Assembly (NCBI GenBank): GCA_021851065.1
Contig: JAJZJQ010000005.1
Coordinates: forward strand, 44 to 64,043
Direction of reading: 5' to 3'
From: Candidatus Micrarchaeota archaeon
GTDB taxonomy: Archaea; Micrarchaeota; Micrarchaeia; Micrarchaeales; CABMGC01
Length of the DNA: 64,000 bases
The position numbers and the translations under genes were made by a program. The notes below the pieces were generated by a model that saw nothing but the letters and a program-made list of their open reading frames with translations, made no database searches and was not told the origin of the DNA. Below, in pieces: positions 44,770 to 54,993 of the stretch (positions within the stretch are counted from its first letter, which is position 1; each line of letters opens with the position of its first letter).

Positions 44770-47154
44770 CTAGGTAGTGGTATTGTAGACGAGCTTGAAG
44801 ATCTTCGTGTCGCTGTTCATGTACGCAAGCTTTGCGCTCACCTGCTTGTTGTTCCACTCGCAGCTGTAGTTGTTGCAGAAGTAGAGGAACTTGAACATGT
44901 TGCTCTGGGCAAGCCCGGCTGCTACAATGTACGCGCCTGTGAGGTTTATGAACATGCCAGGGCGCGGCACCGAGGAATACTGAACAAGAAGCATCGCTCC
45001 GTTGGTGTTGTTCGCACTGCCCTGCGGTATGAGGGTGTAATTGCCGTTGTCCTGGTTGTAGAAGGCAGCCCAGGTGAATGGAATCGACTGGGACGGACCC
45101 ACCTGAAGGTTTGCGGTTATTGCAGATAGGGAGTTTGTCGTGTTTGAGTATGTCATGGAGACTACTGCATACGGATATGAGTTTGAGTTCCTGAGCACAA
45201 GCTGGCGCGTTGTGGAATTGACTGCTGACTCCGTGTATGAATAGATCGGGGAGAAGCCGTATAGCGACTCGTTTGTTTTAAGCTCAGACTCGGTGTATAT
45301 GCCCTGGGTCTCTATGAGCCAGCTGTTCCTGACGAGAAGGTATGTCGGCTTCCCGGTAGCATAGCTGTACATGAAGTTGCCGTCAGGAGTGTTGTTGAAG
45401 AGCCATGATGCGAAAAGGTATGCCTTTGTGCCGTTCTCCGACCCAACACTATCGGTTACGGTCTTCCTGTTGGCCACGCCCTCGACTACAGAGCCGTCGG
45501 GCCACAGCGTCAGAACTGAGCTGTTGCTCGGGGAATTCCGGCCCAGCCACTGGAGCGCGCTTATGAACTGCGGGTTTATGCTGTCGGCCTGCACAAGGCC
45601 CTGGCTGTAGGCGTAGGCATAGTATACAAGGCCCGCTATCACCACGACGATTATGACAGACATGAACGCCATGCCGGCAAGCCTAAGGCTTGCTGACTGA
45701 AGCCTGCTTGCATAGGAGATGAGCCAGTACAGGGTGTACGCTGCCAGCATTGCTATAGGCAGGGACACCAGGGAGTTGAACCTTATGATCTGCGACTGCA
45801 GGTAGATGGTGAGCAGAGAATATGCCATTATCACCACCATCGGTATGTTTAAGTCGAGCCTTATCCTTGCCTTCCCGCCAAACACACCGCCAGAGTCGTA
45901 CACCTGCATTAACAGGTAAGGGGTAAGGGCCATAAGAGTCATCACCATGCCGCCTATGCCGTACGCCGACGTCCATATGCCATTGAACCCGAAGTAGAAC
46001 GACGCCATCAGCATGAGCACTGGAAGGGATGCAAACGAGGCAGTGCTGAAGCTTGTAAACAGGAACGGGAAGTTTGGAGGCTGCAGCTCCTGGGTGGACT
46101 GGCCCACAGGGTTGTATGAGCCGCTTATGTTGAATCCGTTGTCTACGAATATGTGATATACGAAGCGCGGGAAGATGAGATAGAATGCAAGCAGGCCTAT
46201 GATGAGCCCTGCGGCAAGCAGCCCTACGCGAAGGTATGGAGTGCGCATCAGGCGCGAGAATGCCTCGAGCCTTGGGGTGTTGCTGGATATGGCATACAGC
46301 ACTGCCCACATCACTATCAATGCGGAGAACACAGGCACGAACTCGTTTATGCCTACTAGCTGCTGGCCCTGTATGAAGCCGGTGGCAGTGGCTATTGTGG
46401 CAAGCACCCACCATACTGCAATAGATATGAGAATGAAGTACCCTTCTGCTATCACCTTCTCCTTCCTCATTGCAAATGAATAGAGCATGACCATCGCGAA
46501 GGCCAGCATGAAAGTGGCGTCTGCGAATGGCGCCCCATTCCACACTGCATTTGACATGGCAAGGGCCGCGGCAGCGGCAAACGCCATCGCAAGCTTCCTG
46601 CGCGGGTTGTCCTGCCTGAATACCTCTATGAACAGGGCTAGGGCTATAAGCAAGAAGAACGTTACGAATGTGTCGCCTCGGTATATCAGCGCGCTGGTCC
46701 TTGCGGCATTGCCCATGCTAAGGGCCACGAACAGGGCTGCAAGAAGGCCCAGCATCTTGTCCTTGCTCAGGTACCTCATGAGCAGGTATGCGCCAAGCAT
46801 GTCAAGCAGCGCGAACACAACCGGCATGAGCCTCATGACAGTGTAATAGGACACGCCTGCATACTGAAGTATGGAATAGGGCACAAGTGAGACCCAGTAT
46901 ACCCCATGGGCCTCGGCTACAAGCGTAGGGTATGGATAGCCCGATGTATTTAGGTACTGCGGTATGGTGAACCCGTTGTCCACTGTGGCCCGCATTACGG
47001 AGTAGTAATAGAAGCCGTCAGGCTCGTAGAATCCGTAGTAGTGCAGCATTGTCGTGCGGAAGTAGACTGCAAGCGCGGCTATCAATATGACTGCGGCCAC
47101 CAATGCCACGTTCTTAGCGCTGAAGATCTTGGTAACTTCCAGTGAATCGACCAT
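44770..47154 (-). CDS. aglB: STT3/AglB-family oligosaccharyltransferase (divergent)
   Basis: EPDGFYY, YRGD, ELQPP, multi-TM N-half, ALQWL...SVLTLWPDGS (WWDYG equivalent), NRKTVTD. Confidence 0.82.
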   Translation of the reverse strand: MVDSLEVTKIFSAKNVALVAAVILIAALAVYFRTTMLHYYGFYEPDGFYYYSVMRATVDNGFTIPQYLNTSGYPYPTLVAEAHGVYWVSLVPYSILQYAGVSYYTVMRLMPVVFALLDMLGAYLLMRYLSKDKMLGLLAALFVALSMGNAARTSALIYRGDTFVTFFLLIALALFIEVFRQDNPRRKLAMAFAAAAALAMSNAVWNGAPFADATFMLAFAMVMLYSFAMRKEKVIAEGYFILISIAVWWVLATIATATGFIQGQQLVGINEFVPVFSALIVMWAVLYAISSNTPRLEAFSRLMRTPYLRVGLLAAGLIIGLLAFYLIFPRFVYHIFVDNGFNISGSYNPVGQSTQELQPPNFPFLFTSFSTASFASLPVLMLMASFYFGFNGIWTSAYGIGGMVMTLMALTPYLLMQVYDSGGVFGGKARIRLDLNIPMVVIMAYSLLTIYLQSQIIRFNSLVSLPIAMLAAYTLYWLISYASRLQSASLRLAGMAFMSVIIVVVIAGLVYYAYAYSQGLVQADSINPQFISALQWLGRNSPSNSSVLTLWPDGSVVEGVANRKTVTDSVGSENGTKAYLFASWLFNNTPDGNFMYSYATGKPTYLLVRNSWLIETQGIYTESELKTNESLYGFSPIYSYTESAVNSTTRQLVLRNSNSYPYAVVSMTYSNTTNSLSAITANLQVGPSQSIPFTWAAFYNQDNGNYTLIPQGSANNTNGAMLLVQYSSVPRPGMFINLTGAYIVAAGLAQSNMFKFLYFCNNYSCEWNNKQVSAKLAYMNSDTKIFKLVYNTTT

Positions 47155-47272
47155 TGGACTAAAGGATTACAGAACTATTAATTGCATGGGAAACTTTAAA
47201 ACTGTGTTCTTCTGATCCCATCCTGGGCGTACAGTACTTAAGAGTGGCTGCAAGTGGTATGAGACAGGTTGC

Positions 47273-47542
47273 ATGGACCCGCAGGAAGCTATTATGCGCA
47301 ACAGGAAGAAGCTTGATATGCTTACTGTTGGCCTCGTAAGGCTTATGGCCGCGCGGGACAGGGCGGCGATTAGGATAGAAAGAGCCAAGAGGCGCCTTGG
47401 AAGCAGAGTGCTTGACAGGAATAGGGAGAAAGCGGTGCTGGACAGGGCGCAGGCCCTGGCTTCAAGGTGCGGGGTTGACGGCAAGGTAGTCGTGCGGATA
47501 ATGAGAATACTGATGCGCCATTCAAGGAGAATACAGCAATAA
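47273..47542 (+). CDS. Chorismate mutase type II (AroQ-like)
   Basis: RKKLD...LMAAR...AK...VLDRNRE..VL...SRRIQ. Confidence 0.75.
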   Translation: MDPQEAIMRNRKKLDMLTVGLVRLMAARDRAAIRIERAKRRLGSRVLDRNREKAVLDRAQALASRCGVDGKVVVRIMRILMRHSRRIQQ

Positions 47543-47565
47543 GCCGGTCGGCAAGCCGAAGCAGG

Positions 47566-48153
47566 TCATTGGGCCTGTTTCCTTGCGAACACAAGGTATG
47601 CGGTGTGCCATATGCCGGTGTTCGTCGGCCTTGTGCCCTCCTTGCGCACAAGCATGTCCCTGATTATTGTCTCGGTAGTGTATATGTCGCAGAACCCGAG
47701 CCTTGTCAGCTTGTCAACGAATTTCTTGGCCTGCTCCATGTGCGGCAGGTAGCCCACTATGACCCCATCAGGCTTGAGCGCCTTTCTTGCGCTGAGTATG
47801 GCCTTCTCTGAGCTTGGCATGTCAAGCGCCACCATATCGACCTCTGTCTGGAGTATGCCTTTGGTTACGTCCCGGTTTATGAGCTCAAGGTTGTCCAGGC
47901 CAAGCATTGCCCTGTTCTTTTCGGCTATATCCAGAAAATCGGGCCTCACGTCGTAGCTGTATACCTTCTTGCATAACCTTGCAAGGCTTACTGCAAGCCA
48001 CCCGCTCCCTGTACCTGCATCGACGCAGACGCTCTCCTTGCTTATCCCCGAGTACGCCACTATCGTGCCTATGTCCTTTGGCAGTATGACCTGCGGGCCT
48101 CTTCTCAGCTTGCGGTATATCTTTGGGTAGATGAACATTGTATCTCCTATCAC
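47566..48153 (-). CDS. trmI: tRNA (adenine-N1)-methyltransferase TrmI-like
   Basis: RGPQVILPKD, DAGTGSG, LDMP, YLPHMEQ, TRP...HTAYL. Confidence 0.9.
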   Translation of the reverse strand: MIGDTMFIYPKIYRKLRRGPQVILPKDIGTIVAYSGISKESVCVDAGTGSGWLAVSLARLCKKVYSYDVRPDFLDIAEKNRAMLGLDNLELINRDVTKGILQTEVDMVALDMPSSEKAILSARKALKPDGVIVGYLPHMEQAKKFVDKLTRLGFCDIYTTETIIRDMLVRKEGTRPTNTGIWHTAYLVFARKQAQ

Positions 48154-50432
48154 TTCCCTGATGCTTGCTCTTTCTGTTTCTTGCCTGGCTTCTTTCCCTT
48201 TGACGGCTTCTTAGCTGCGCCGGACCTCTTTGCTGGTTTTGGCTTCTTTGCGCCTTGCGATTCTGGTACTGCTGGCGGCTGCGCAGGCGCATGCTGCGCT
48301 TTTTGCTGCGGCGCTGAGGCTGCCTGCGGCGCCTTGGGATAGACTGACGCAACGGCCTTCGCCCCTGCGATCATATCAGGCTGCTCCCTTGGCTTGCCCC
48401 AGTTCTTCTTAGTCTCGCATGAAGGATCCAGGTCCATCTGGAATACCCCCTTGCCTTTCCTGAAAACCTTGACTATCGGAGTGTGGCACAGCTCGCACAC
48501 CTTGCCCGTGGATACTATCCTTGCAGACTGGGGTACGCTGTAGGTTTTTGTGCACTTTGGCCAGTTAGAGCAGCCCACGAAATTCTTCCCGGCCTTGGAT
48601 CTCCTCAGCACCAGTGTACCGCCGCACGTGCACGGGCCCAGCACATTGGTATTCTCGCTCTCTTTTAGCCCCTTCATGAGGGCCTCGCCTATCTGCGCCT
48701 CCTTGCCGTGGAACTCGCCTACAAGGCCGGTTATTATCCTCTTGCCCTCATCCACAACTTCGGCCTTTGCGGCCTTTCCCTGCTGTATCTTCTCCATGTC
48801 CTTCTCAAGCTTTCTTGTGAGATCCTCGGATATTATGTCTGCACAGTAGGTTGAGAGCGCATCGTAGACGCTAAGCCCGAACTCGCTGACCTCTATGCTG
48901 CCCCCCTTTATGTAATCCCTTCTGAACAGGGTGTCTATGACCTCGGCCCTTGTTGCCTTTGTGCCAAGGTCCTTGCTCTCAAGCAGCGATATCAGGCTTG
49001 CCTTTGTAAACCTCTTTGGCGGCAGGGTCTTGAGCGCCTTCATGTCAATCTTGTCGGGCTTTATGGCCTCGCCTTTGGTAAAATCAGGTATCTGTGCCTC
49101 CTTTGGCGAGTAGTACCTGTAGAAATCCAGCCATCCGCGGTAGGTCACCTTCTCCCCTGCTGCCCTGTACTCGGTGCCCGCAACATCCATGGCCACCTTC
49201 CTGCTCTCGGCCTTAGCGTACTGCGCGAAGCATGAGAGGAATCTCCTTGCAATCATGTCGTATATCTTCCTCTCCTCATCTGAAAGGGATCTTGGCTGCT
49301 CGCCGGTTGGATGTATTGCCGGATGGGCCTCGTCCTCCTTCATACCCTCTGCAGGCCTGAATCTTGACGATTTTATCAGATCGGATGCCATATCGGAATA
49401 ATCGGCTATCTTTGACATCGCTGTTATGAGCCTTGGAAGATTTAGAGTCGGAGGCAGCTTCTGTGACGAGGTCCTTGGATAGGATATGTACGACTTCTCG
49501 TACAGCGACTGCGCTATGGCAAGGGTTTTTGACGGATCTATGTGGAAGGCCCTGCTGGCTTCTATCTGCAGCGAAGTCAGGTCAAACGGAGGGAACGGCC
49601 TTATGTTCCTCTCCTCGGCCTGTACAGATGATATTACTATGCTTGCGGATTTCGCCTTATGGAGCATTGAGTCCGCTGCCTGCTTGTCGAATATCTCCTT
49701 GTCCTTTGCAGCCTCGAAGTCAGTGCCCTTGGCAGTTATGGCTATCTTCCAGTACGGCCTTGAGACAAAACCCTTTATGTCCTTCTCCCTCTTTGCAAGT
49801 ATTCCAAGAGTAGGCCCCTGCACCCTGCCTATGCTAAGCGTCTTTCTTATGCCCTTTGTAGATATTGCGCGCATAAGGGCCCTTGACAGGTTTATTCCCC
49901 ACATCCAGTCAAGCATATGGCGCGTCTCCCCGGCGTCGAAATTAAGGCTGTCGAATTCGTTGAGGTTTGCATACGATTCTATCAGGTCGGCGTTTGTGGT
50001 AGTGGAGAATCTCATGCGCCTTACGCTCTGGGCCCCAAGCTGCGAGTTTACATTCCTGTTGACCACGTATTTTATGATGTTGGTGCCTATCACCGTGCCC
50101 TCCAGGTCGTAGTCGCAGGCGTTTATGAAGAAGGCGCACTGCCTTGCAACGGATTCTATGGCATCCAGGTATTTCTTAGTGAAGTACGCGGACTGGTTGA
50201 CCTTGTAGGACGGCACCCATTCTATGTCAAAGACCGGCACAGTGCTTGCTCCTTTCTGGGTGAGGGTGAATAGGTGTCCCGCCGCGGCAGTGATGTATAT
50301 AGTGTCATCGCCTCTCCTGATTACGAAGTACCTTATGCCTGCCACATTCTGGGACTGCGGGCTCGACTCCCCAAGAGCCATGGCTATGCGAAGTGCCACG
50401 CTAGGCTTTTCCGCAACTATTAGCTTGTTCAT
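48150..50432 (-). CDS. topA: Type IA DNA topoisomerase
   Basis: IVAEKPS, AAGHL, ACDYDLEG, SIGRVQGP, ISYPRT, AHPAIHPT, GTKATRA, zinc ribbons, Lys-rich tail. Confidence 0.97.
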   Translation of the reverse strand: MNKLIVAEKPSVALRIAMALGESSPQSQNVAGIRYFVIRRGDDTIYITAAAGHLFTLTQKGASTVPVFDIEWVPSYKVNQSAYFTKKYLDAIESVARQCAFFINACDYDLEGTVIGTNIIKYVVNRNVNSQLGAQSVRRMRFSTTTNADLIESYANLNEFDSLNFDAGETRHMLDWMWGINLSRALMRAISTKGIRKTLSIGRVQGPTLGILAKREKDIKGFVSRPYWKIAITAKGTDFEAAKDKEIFDKQAADSMLHKAKSASIVISSVQAEERNIRPFPPFDLTSLQIEASRAFHIDPSKTLAIAQSLYEKSYISYPRTSSQKLPPTLNLPRLITAMSKIADYSDMASDLIKSSRFRPAEGMKEDEAHPAIHPTGEQPRSLSDEERKIYDMIARRFLSCFAQYAKAESRKVAMDVAGTEYRAAGEKVTYRGWLDFYRYYSPKEAQIPDFTKGEAIKPDKIDMKALKTLPPKRFTKASLISLLESKDLGTKATRAEVIDTLFRRDYIKGGSIEVSEFGLSVYDALSTYCADIISEDLTRKLEKDMEKIQQGKAAKAEVVDEGKRIITGLVGEFHGKEAQIGEALMKGLKESENTNVLGPCTCGGTLVLRRSKAGKNFVGCSNWPKCTKTYSVPQSARIVSTGKVCELCHTPIVKVFRKGKGVFQMDLDPSCETKKNWGKPREQPDMIAGAKAVASVYPKAPQAASAPQQKAQHAPAQPPAVPESQGAKKPKPAKRSGAAKKPSKGKKPGKKQKEQASGK

Positions 50433-50438
50433 CGCTGC

Positions 50439-50660
50439 TTACCTTGGCTTCCTGCTGCGCTGCTGCTTCTGGTCCGTATCCTTGGCCTGCCTTGAGAGGT
50501 TGTACGAAAGGTAGAAGCCCAGTATCAGCGCAAGTACCGCAATGGCGTAGAATGCAACCTGGCTTATCCCTGAAAGGAACACGGCAAAAGCCGCTATGCT
50601 GAGCACAACAACTCCGACCGAGACAAAGAGCAGCTGCTTTTCGTCAGCATTGGCCAACAT
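50439..50660 (-). CDS. Small two-TM membrane protein
   Basis: Two hydrophobic helices and a basic tail; directly upstream of topA. Confidence 0.7.
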   Translation of the reverse strand: MLANADEKQLLFVSVGVVVLSIAAFAVFLSGISQVAFYAIAVLALILGFYLSYNLSRQAKDTDQKQQRSRKPR

Positions 50661-50843
50661 CTAACCAGATTCATTGGCGCGCCAAGGGTTAAATATGTTT
50701 GCGATGCATGGGCCCTGTGACGGCTGGCGCGCCTGGCATGTTTCCCTTAAGAGGACTTAGCAGGTGAGCGCATGCCCACAGGAAGTGCAAGGTGCACTTC
50801 ATGCAGCATTCTGCCAGTGCCAGCAACCGGCATCTTCTTGCTC

Positions 50844-51128
50844 TCAGTTCCTCTTTGTTCTGGGACCCAGGGCTAAAAGCACCTCAAGCTTGATATCGGC
50901 AGCCATGGCGCCATGAGCCCCATATGTATTCCTAAGGTCGAATCTTGCAAGGTCCCTGAGGACAAGGTCCGGAGCCTTATTCGTGAATCCTGCCTCTGCA
51001 AGCCTTTGCTCCGCTCTCCTTGATAGGGACCACTCGCGGAATGTGGCTGTGGCATGCGGAGCTGCTTTGCCTGCCGGGGCCTGTGCCGCCAGTATTGGCC
51101 GCCTTTCAAGAACCATTGTTGTTTTCAT
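50844..51128 (-). CDS. Hypothetical protein
   Basis: AGGTGA ribosome-binding site before the ATG. Confidence 0.55.
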   Translation of the reverse strand: MKTTMVLERRPILAAQAPAGKAAPHATATFREWSLSRRAEQRLAEAGFTNKAPDLVLRDLARFDLRNTYGAHGAMAADIKLEVLLALGPRTKRN

Positions 51129-51501
51129 AGTTTCACCTAAGCGTTAATTATTCGCACAAAGACGCAAGACGGCCTTTATGCAGCTGCTATCAAAAGAGGG
51201 AGTATGCGTGCCTGTACCGCAGATAAGCCCATAGCTAAGGATGAAGCAATGAACCTGTGCATATGGCTACCACTGTACTCCATTTATTTCATAATCCTTG
51301 CTCATCGCACATTTATAAAGATTTTCTGCGAATTGCGCAGTTGCCATATGCGCCTGCCCGACATGCTGCAGGCCCTGCAGCGGCTGGCGTAATTGCCCAG
51401 GTGGTATTTTCGTATGCCGCGTGATATGTATGGGCAGCTGTGCCTGCGGAGTCGTCGTATAATCCCACTGGCCCCGAATAGGCATCGTAAGATTAGAGAC
51501 T

Positions 51502-52719
51502 TCAGCATATGCCAGCATGTGTTAAAGGCTTCTTTGTATAATATCCTGCAATTCCCCCAATCCCACCAAGAAGCAGGTAAATCGCCATTACAATTGCATG
51601 GATGGTGTACACAAATCCACTTAAAGCATACGTAACCGCACCAAAGGCAGTCTCGGAATTGGGAAGGGTTGCGCTACTAGCTGATGATTTGCTGCTAAGT
51701 CCAGGCGCGGTGCCAAAAATAAAAGATATCAGAACTGCAGCAACCCCTACAGCAAAGGAGAATTTTCTGCTGCCTGAAGCTATGAGAGCGGCTGCCATGC
51801 CCCCGATGGGCAACCACACGAAGATCATTATGCCTGGAAACCCAATAGCAAGCACTGCAGCAAGCACTGCGCCAATTAAGATGCCCATAGTTGCTCTCAT
51901 ATTGCGTAAAAACATTTTGTGCCCTGTGGCATGCAGACGCAGGTAATAATATGTAAGTCCGCCCAAGCCCCCCAAGAGCAGATACAACATCGCAAGAAAT
52001 ATCTGTGCTGCATACGCAGATCCGAATACGCCCGTATTGGCTGCCCATGCCACCAGCAATGATCCGGTGCGTATTCCGCTTACAGCGTCTGCTTTATCAG
52101 GATACACTGCAATTAGCGATACAAGAGTTGCAACAGCCCCTACGGCAATACTGGCCCTCTTACTGCCTGATGCTATGAGAGCGGCCGCAGCACCTCCAAC
52201 GAATACGCCAAGCAGTACTGATGGGCCAGGTGTGCCCACCACCAAAACTGCAATCGTGAATCCGCCTATCAAAACGCTTCCTAACAACCTCATATTGTGC
52301 AATGTTTTACGCCTAGATACAACTTTCTCATCTGCTGTAGTTTTTTTGATGAAGAGTCGGTATGTGATAAGCCCCATAACCGCAGCCACTATCTCCAATG
52401 CGATTACCTGGTACGCAATCCCTACCAAGAGAAAGCTAGCAGTATGCAATGAGGAGTAGATGCCAACCCCTCTGGTGTAGTTTATGGCATTTATCAGAGC
52501 AGCATACAATACGCCAGTAGCCATGCACGCTAGCATGCTGCCCTTCCTAGAGCTGCTAGCAATCAATGCCGCAGTGGCATCCCCAGCCAGTATAACTGGC
52601 AGCATCACCACATTGGCAATGATTATCGGGAGATAATTAAGTAGCAGGGCAGCAGCAACGACCTCTGAAGCAGTACCTATAAGGATACCCACTACCCATG
52701 GCCTAAGATTTGTATTCAT
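51502..52719 (-). CDS. Membrane protein with three internal ~130-aa repeats
   Basis: N(L/M)R...GILIG...AALIAS(S/G)S(R/K) occurs three times; homologous to the single-unit protein at 54544-54948. Confidence 0.8.
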   Translation of the reverse strand: MNTNLRPWVVGILIGTASEVVAAALLLNYLPIIIANVVMLPVILAGDATAALIASSSRKGSMLACMATGVLYAALINAINYTRGVGIYSSLHTASFLLVGIAYQVIALEIVAAVMGLITYRLFIKKTTADEKVVSRRKTLHNMRLLGSVLIGGFTIAVLVVGTPGPSVLLGVFVGGAAAALIASGSKRASIAVGAVATLVSLIAVYPDKADAVSGIRTGSLLVAWAANTGVFGSAYAAQIFLAMLYLLLGGLGGLTYYYLRLHATGHKMFLRNMRATMGILIGAVLAAVLAIGFPGIMIFVWLPIGGMAAALIASGSRKFSFAVGVAAVLISFIFGTAPGLSSKSSASSATLPNSETAFGAVTYALSGFVYTIHAIVMAIYLLLGGIGGIAGYYTKKPLTHAGIC

Positions 52720-52800
52720 ACCATATGCACCGCAACCTTATCATATACAGTTAGGTAAACCCTGCTATAAACTTATGCCTGGGGTTTTTGCCCCGGAACT
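52714..52800. repeat. 87-bp near-identical repeat (other copy 54943-55029)
   Basis: One mismatch; spans the stop of a surface gene, the spacer and the start of a membrane gene. Confidence 0.9.
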
Positions 52801-52933
52801 GTCCCTTGCATATACCTGCAACCCTGAGTTCATTGCCCATGCAAGTGGGCTTTGCGACGTTAGGTCATACGGAAGCGATCCGGTTCCAGTGCTGTCAACC
52901 GAATGCGGCTGCGTAAGCTGCACGCCGTCACTT
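52765..52933 (-). pseudogene. Orphan 3' remnant of a paralog of the 54994-57624 surface protein
   Basis: Reads SDGVQLTQPHSVDSTGTGSLPYDLTSQSPLAWAMNSGLQVYARDSSGAKTPGISL*. Confidence 0.8.
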
Positions 52934-53065
52934 TCATGTAATACATAAGCAGTTTACCCCGATTACCATTCAGAGATGTGATAGCAAATTACATGGTGCA
53001 CATTATATGCAGTATTTTGTAAGATGAAATAGGATATAGTTTTTCACATCTTTAACTTGAATGCG

Positions 53066-53881
53066 TTATTTTGTAACAAATGTACCGTTTTGATAGTAAT
53101 ATTCTGAGTAGGTTTTCCAGGTGAGATTTCCTAAGTGGCCATTACTTATTGTATATAGTGGCATATCATAAATTAGTACTGAAGGACCAGGAGATATTCG
53201 ACCTACATCTAATCCGAGTTCGACGTTTTGTGGATAATAATTTACAGGTTGGTATATAACTACAGGGTGACTAACAGTAGTATTGGGAACATAATACGAG
53301 TATTCTGAGATTGGCCCAGTAAAACCATTCCCAACAGGTGTTGTAAGATAACTTCCTGTCCCAGTGAATACTATACTTTTTGTAACATTTGGTTTGTCCC
53401 AGTCTTTAATATATACTATTGTAGAATTGCTTATCGTGTATATTCTTACAAGTACTTTGTTTCCATAGGATATGCCCCCTTGGTCATATACTTTTGCATA
53501 TTCAGTACGATTTAATCCATTAGGAGCTGATTCATATATAGTTATACCTGCTCCGGGAATCATCGTGTTGTTGGTAACCGGATTGGTGACCACCCCTACA
53601 TCAAACCTATAACCCATGTTGGTAAGTGCAGATATGCCAAATATTGACTGATTACCAGGATCTGGATTCTCAGGTATGGTTATATTATATGCAACAATAG
53701 TGGTATTGTGTGATAGTACTGTAAATTCTTGCTCCATGTAGACAGGGAAATTGAGTTTTGTAAGAGTTATGTAATGAGTCTCAAAGCCGATGAATGTAAG
53801 CATGGCCATAACAACTACAAGGATTGGTACTGCAACAGCAGGTCCGTATAATAAGCTTTTATGTCGCATACGACTACCCAT
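53066..53881 (-). CDS. Secreted or anchored beta-rich protein, distant paralog of 7284-8324
   Basis: ALTNMGYRFDVGV vs GVSNTGFWYQLGL; GFTGPISE vs FLTGPMTE; AT-rich. Confidence 0.65.
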   Translation of the reverse strand: MGSRMRHKSLLYGPAVAVPILVVVMAMLTFIGFETHYITLTKLNFPVYMEQEFTVLSHNTTIVAYNITIPENPDPGNQSIFGISALTNMGYRFDVGVVTNPVTNNTMIPGAGITIYESAPNGLNRTEYAKVYDQGGISYGNKVLVRIYTISNSTIVYIKDWDKPNVTKSIVFTGTGSYLTTPVGNGFTGPISEYSYYVPNTTVSHPVVIYQPVNYYPQNVELGLDVGRISPGPSVLIYDMPLYTISNGHLGNLTWKTYSEYYYQNGTFVTK

Positions 53882-54258
53882 TCAATCCCCATAGATGTAT
53901 GGCAACCAATTAAATAAAAACTGAAGATACAATAGTGACCTTAGTAAGTTCCATCCCACATGACCACACTTACTCGTGGTATTTTCTTAACATAACCATA
54001 ATCTAGTATGATGAGTTCATGCCATCACTAGATCTATTCAATTATCTATTGGTAATATCCCTTTTAAAAGCTTTCTACCTGGTTGTAACAGTTTAAAATT
54101 TGCTGCTCCGAAGTTGAGTCGAGAGCAAGTTATTCAGATATTGGGAATAACTTCTGTCCTGTTGTCTCAGTGTCATGAACATTGACGCTTGCATCGCATA
54201 ACTTTCCATGTTTCCTATACCTCTACTTTGTTGTGATATCTTTCGTTTCAGCACAATT

Positions 54259-54422
54259 GGCCTAAGTGCATCCTTTATTCCTATTGCATTACTTACATTA
54301 TCAAGTTGTTGTCGGGCAACGCGCGTAGCGTTCGTAAGCCCACCCCATCCATCCAGTTAATAATGGGTGGGGAGAAGGTTTATAGGGCTTTTGTTTTTGC
54401 GGAATATTCCGGGATTATGGAA
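54259..54422. repeat. 164-bp near-identical repeat (other copy 61849-62012): upstream region and 5' end of a secreted-protein gene, here orphaned
   Basis: Three mismatches, one changing the TTG start to CTG; the reading frame diverges and stops at ~54093. Confidence 0.9.
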
Positions 54423-54543
54423 TGATTGCAGCTTGGAGCAGGTATGCTATTCGGTAAGTTAATGGCATATAAACCGAAACTCCAATAAAGTCATGTGCCA
54501 AGGATAGCATCACTTTAATGCGTATCCATTCTTGTGCTAAGGT

Positions 54544-54948
54544 TCATGCAACCCTAATTTCACTTCGCCTCGTTGCAAGTAGCTTGTAACTTATTAATCC
54601 AACAGCACCTGCCACTAATGCCCCGAATATTATGCCGCTTACAATAGCTGTAACCTGGGTAACAAAGCTATAAGCACTTAAATTTGGGAAGAACTGCATA
54701 CCGCGTATGGCGTATCCGCTAATGTCAGTAGGCACCACATATACAAGATAGGCAACACTACTGGCCATGATGCTCCTATTTCTAGAGGTTTTTGATATCA
54801 TAACTGTTATAATTGGTGCCAGTACGATAGAAGCGAGATGTATTCCTGGGCCAATTCCTCCAGGTAAATACTTGCTTGTGAGGTCAAGAATGTAAAATAC
54901 TGTAGCTCCCACCAGGATTCCAGCCACTAATCGGATATTCGCATTCAT
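54544..54948 (-). CDS. Four-TM membrane protein (single repeat unit)
   Basis: MNANIRLVAGILVGA vs MNTNLRPWVVGILIG. Confidence 0.8.
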   Translation of the reverse strand: MNANIRLVAGILVGATVFYILDLTSKYLPGGIGPGIHLASIVLAPIITVMISKTSRNRSIMASSVAYLVYVVPTDISGYAIRGMQFFPNLSAYSFVTQVTAIVSGIIFGALVAGAVGLISYKLLATRRSEIRVA

Positions 54949-54993
54949 ACCATATGCACCGCAACCTTATCATATACAGTTAGGTAAACCCTG

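Noticed and set aside
45683-46543. 286-aa alternative-frame ORF inside aglB
   Set aside because: Same-strand off-frame overlap with a biased Arg/His composition, typical of a codon-usage artefact
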